A stretch of 64,000 bases of DNA, taken from contig CAXXNF010000002.1 in the NCBI GenBank assembly GCA_963666365.2, positions 352,001 through 416,000 on the forward strand, written 5' to 3'. The notes below the pieces were generated by a model. The model made no database searches and had not been told where the DNA came from. It saw only the letters and a list, made by a program, of their open reading frames with translations. Shown here one piece after another: positions 62,258 to 64,000 of this stretch. Made by a program: the position numbers and the translations under genes. The stretch's first letter is position 1, and each line of letters opens with the position of its first letter. Origin of the DNA: Syntrophales bacterium. Lineage in GTDB: Bacteria > Desulfobacterota > Syntrophia > Syntrophales > UBA2210.

Positions 62258-63061
62258 TCAACCCAACCATCTTTTGCGCCTTTTGTAATGCTTTACTTCC
62301 CTATAGCTCCTCCTTTCATTGATTCGGCTGAGCCCAAGATAGAACTCCTTAACATCTTCATTATTCTTTAGTTTTTCCATTGTGCCATCTAAAACAATTC
62401 TGCCGTTCTCCATAACAAATCCATATTCAGCAATTGAAAGAGCAGCGTTGGCATTTTGTTCGACCAAGAGGATTGTTGCTTTTTCTTCCTGATTTATTTT
62501 TTTCACGATGGCAAATATTTCCTTTACAAGGATTGGACTTAACCCTAAAGATGGCTCATCTAGTAAAAGTATTCTGGGGGATGCCATTACACAAGAACCT
62601 ATGACCAGCATCTGCATTTCTCCGCCCGATAAATAGCCGCTTTCGAGATTTTTTACATCTTTTAAGCGAGGAAAGTAATTGTAAATCTTATCAAGATTCT
62701 TTTTAATCCCAATCCGTTTTGTCCCCCTATTAGCTACAACCCTCAAATTTTCCTCTACTGTTAGATGCTCAAAAACCTTGCGACCTTCCAATGCTTGCAA
62801 AATACCCATCTGCGATATTTCTTCTGGTTTCATTCGATCTATCTTTTTCCCGTTGAACTCTATGCTACCATGAGTTACTTCACCGTCCTCAGTATGAAGC
62901 AAACCAGAAATAGCCTTAAGAGTCGTTGTCTTTCCCGCTCCATTGGCACCGATTATAGTAACAATTTTCCCTTCTGTAAGACTGAAAGAAACTCCTTTCA
63001 ATACTAAAATGGCATTTTGATATTTCACCTCGATATTGTTTACGTTCAGTAACATCTGCAT
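62258..63061 (-). CDS. ABC transporter ATP-binding protein, LivF family
   Basis: GANGAGKTT, LSGGEMQM, LLLDEPSLGL and VEQN motifs; C-terminal YREVKHYKRRKRW. Confidence 0.93.
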   Translation of the reverse strand: MQMLLNVNNIEVKYQNAILVLKGVSFSLTEGKIVTIIGANGAGKTTTLKAISGLLHTEDGEVTHGSIEFNGKKIDRMKPEEISQMGILQALEGRKVFEHLTVEENLRVVANRGTKRIGIKKNLDKIYNYFPRLKDVKNLESGYLSGGEMQMLVIGSCVMASPRILLLDEPSLGLSPILVKEIFAIVKKINQEEKATILLVEQNANAALSIAEYGFVMENGRIVLDGTMEKLKNNEDVKEFYLGLSRINERRSYREVKHYKRRKRWLG

Positions 63062-63211
63062 TTACCGTTCCTTTGTCATATCGAAAAATCTCTAAATCAA
63101 GCTCAAAATACGATGGAGCCTTAAATTGACTCAAAGATATGAATGCCATCGGAAAGACCGGTGGTAATTCACATCGCGAAACAATAGATCTATGCAAACA
63201 ATTACTGTCCC

Positions 63212-64000
63212 TTAGCGCTTTGGCACTTCAAATAATGGGCCCTTCGTCCAATAGGTTTTCGGGCTGAGGTTTGGGAGGGGCTCCCAATCAACCATCGTAA
63301 CATCAATTCCGTTTTCGTCATATGTATACATCTGTGCCCACAATAGAGATGGCCGGTTTTTGGTGTAGGATGTTCTGAAGCCTAACTCTGTCATAGGATC
63401 ATATTCAAGAGAAAGAAAAGCATTTCTTATGGCCTCACCGTTAATATTTTTCCAACCAACCTCCTTCACTACCTTCGAATATACCTTTCTGATTGTCAGT
63501 GCAATTTGCCAAGTATTAAGCGTACCCATCTGACCGGGATAGTCAGGGGGATGGATCTTGTAGTGAGCGCTACGCATCAGTTTTACTCCTTCACGATCTT
63601 TATCACCCCATGCCTGGGTACTTCCCACGGCTACCCACCCTGATTTGTAAGCAAGCTTTGGTCCGATAATTTTCACCGTGTCTCTCCCGCAACTCCAAGG
63701 ACCCCCCGCGAAATGCAATTTGCCAAGCAAACCTAAAGTCTCGGCGCTCTTTATCAGTGCCGCTGGCCCGGCACCCAGAGTATTGTTGTAAATCCAGGTA
63801 CCCGTTCCGCCTTTTGAGTAAATTCTGGTTAACTGAGTACTTGCATCAACCGTCGTTGGTGGATAAAATTCTTCAGCGACAAGTTCAATACCCTTCTTTT
63901 TTAAATAATCCTTTGCTTCCTTCGACCAAAATCCTCGGCCAAATTCCGTATCCCAAGTGCAAATAGCAATTTTGTGGGGTGCGGGTTTCGTTTTTACTAG
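63212..64000 (-). CDS. ABC substrate-binding protein, branched-chain/type 1 periplasmic fold (starts beyond the window)
   Basis: The frame is open from 64000: KIAICTWDTEFGRG...KKGIELVAEEFYP....D.STQLTRI. It lies upstream of the LivF-family gene. Confidence 0.8.
   Translation of the reverse strand, partial: LVKTKPAPHKIAICTWDTEFGRGFWSKEAKDYLKKKGIELVAEEFYPPTTVDASTQLTRIYSKGGTGTWIYNNTLGAGPAALIKSAETLGLLGKLHFAGGPWSCGRDTVKIIGPKLAYKSGWVAVGSTQAWGDKDREGVKLMRSAHYKIHPPDYPGQMGTLNTWQIALTIRKVYSKVVKEVGWKNINGEAIRNAFLSLEYDPMTELGFRTSYTKNRPSLLWAQMYTYDENGIDVTMVDWEPLPNLSPKTYWTKGPLFEVPKR

Overview
Chromosomal window, probably from a Desulfobacterota/Syntrophales-type deltaproteobacterium (inferred from gene content and order). 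Most of 30-57 kb is housekeeping: ligA, fusA-like, carD-PIN/TRAM-ispD-ispF, pgk, truA, mutL, miaA, valS, nadC, birA, coaX, trmFO, topA, dprA. The first 30 kb is mixed metabolic and accessory DNA: an aldehyde dehydrogenase, an ectoine-type aspartokinase without ect genes nearby, a TetR-regulated flavoenzyme/SDR/ADH operon, ptsP and an AbfD-like dehydratase. Several features are missing from the ORF track: a HesB/IscA-family selenoprotein with an in-frame UGA and SECIS-like hairpin, a frameshifted maoC, a radC remnant broken at a 13-bp-arm palindrome, a short palindromic IS200/IS605-like miniature element, tRNA-Arg(TCT), a solitary integron attC site and an IS21 remnant at the edge of an AT-richer island. 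The best candidates for new biology are a divergent uracil-DNA-glycosylase-fold protein beside a PD-(D/E)xK nuclease fragment, a 12-cysteine secreted mini-protein, and a structured 750-bp intergenic region. All family calls are by motif recognition; no searches were run.
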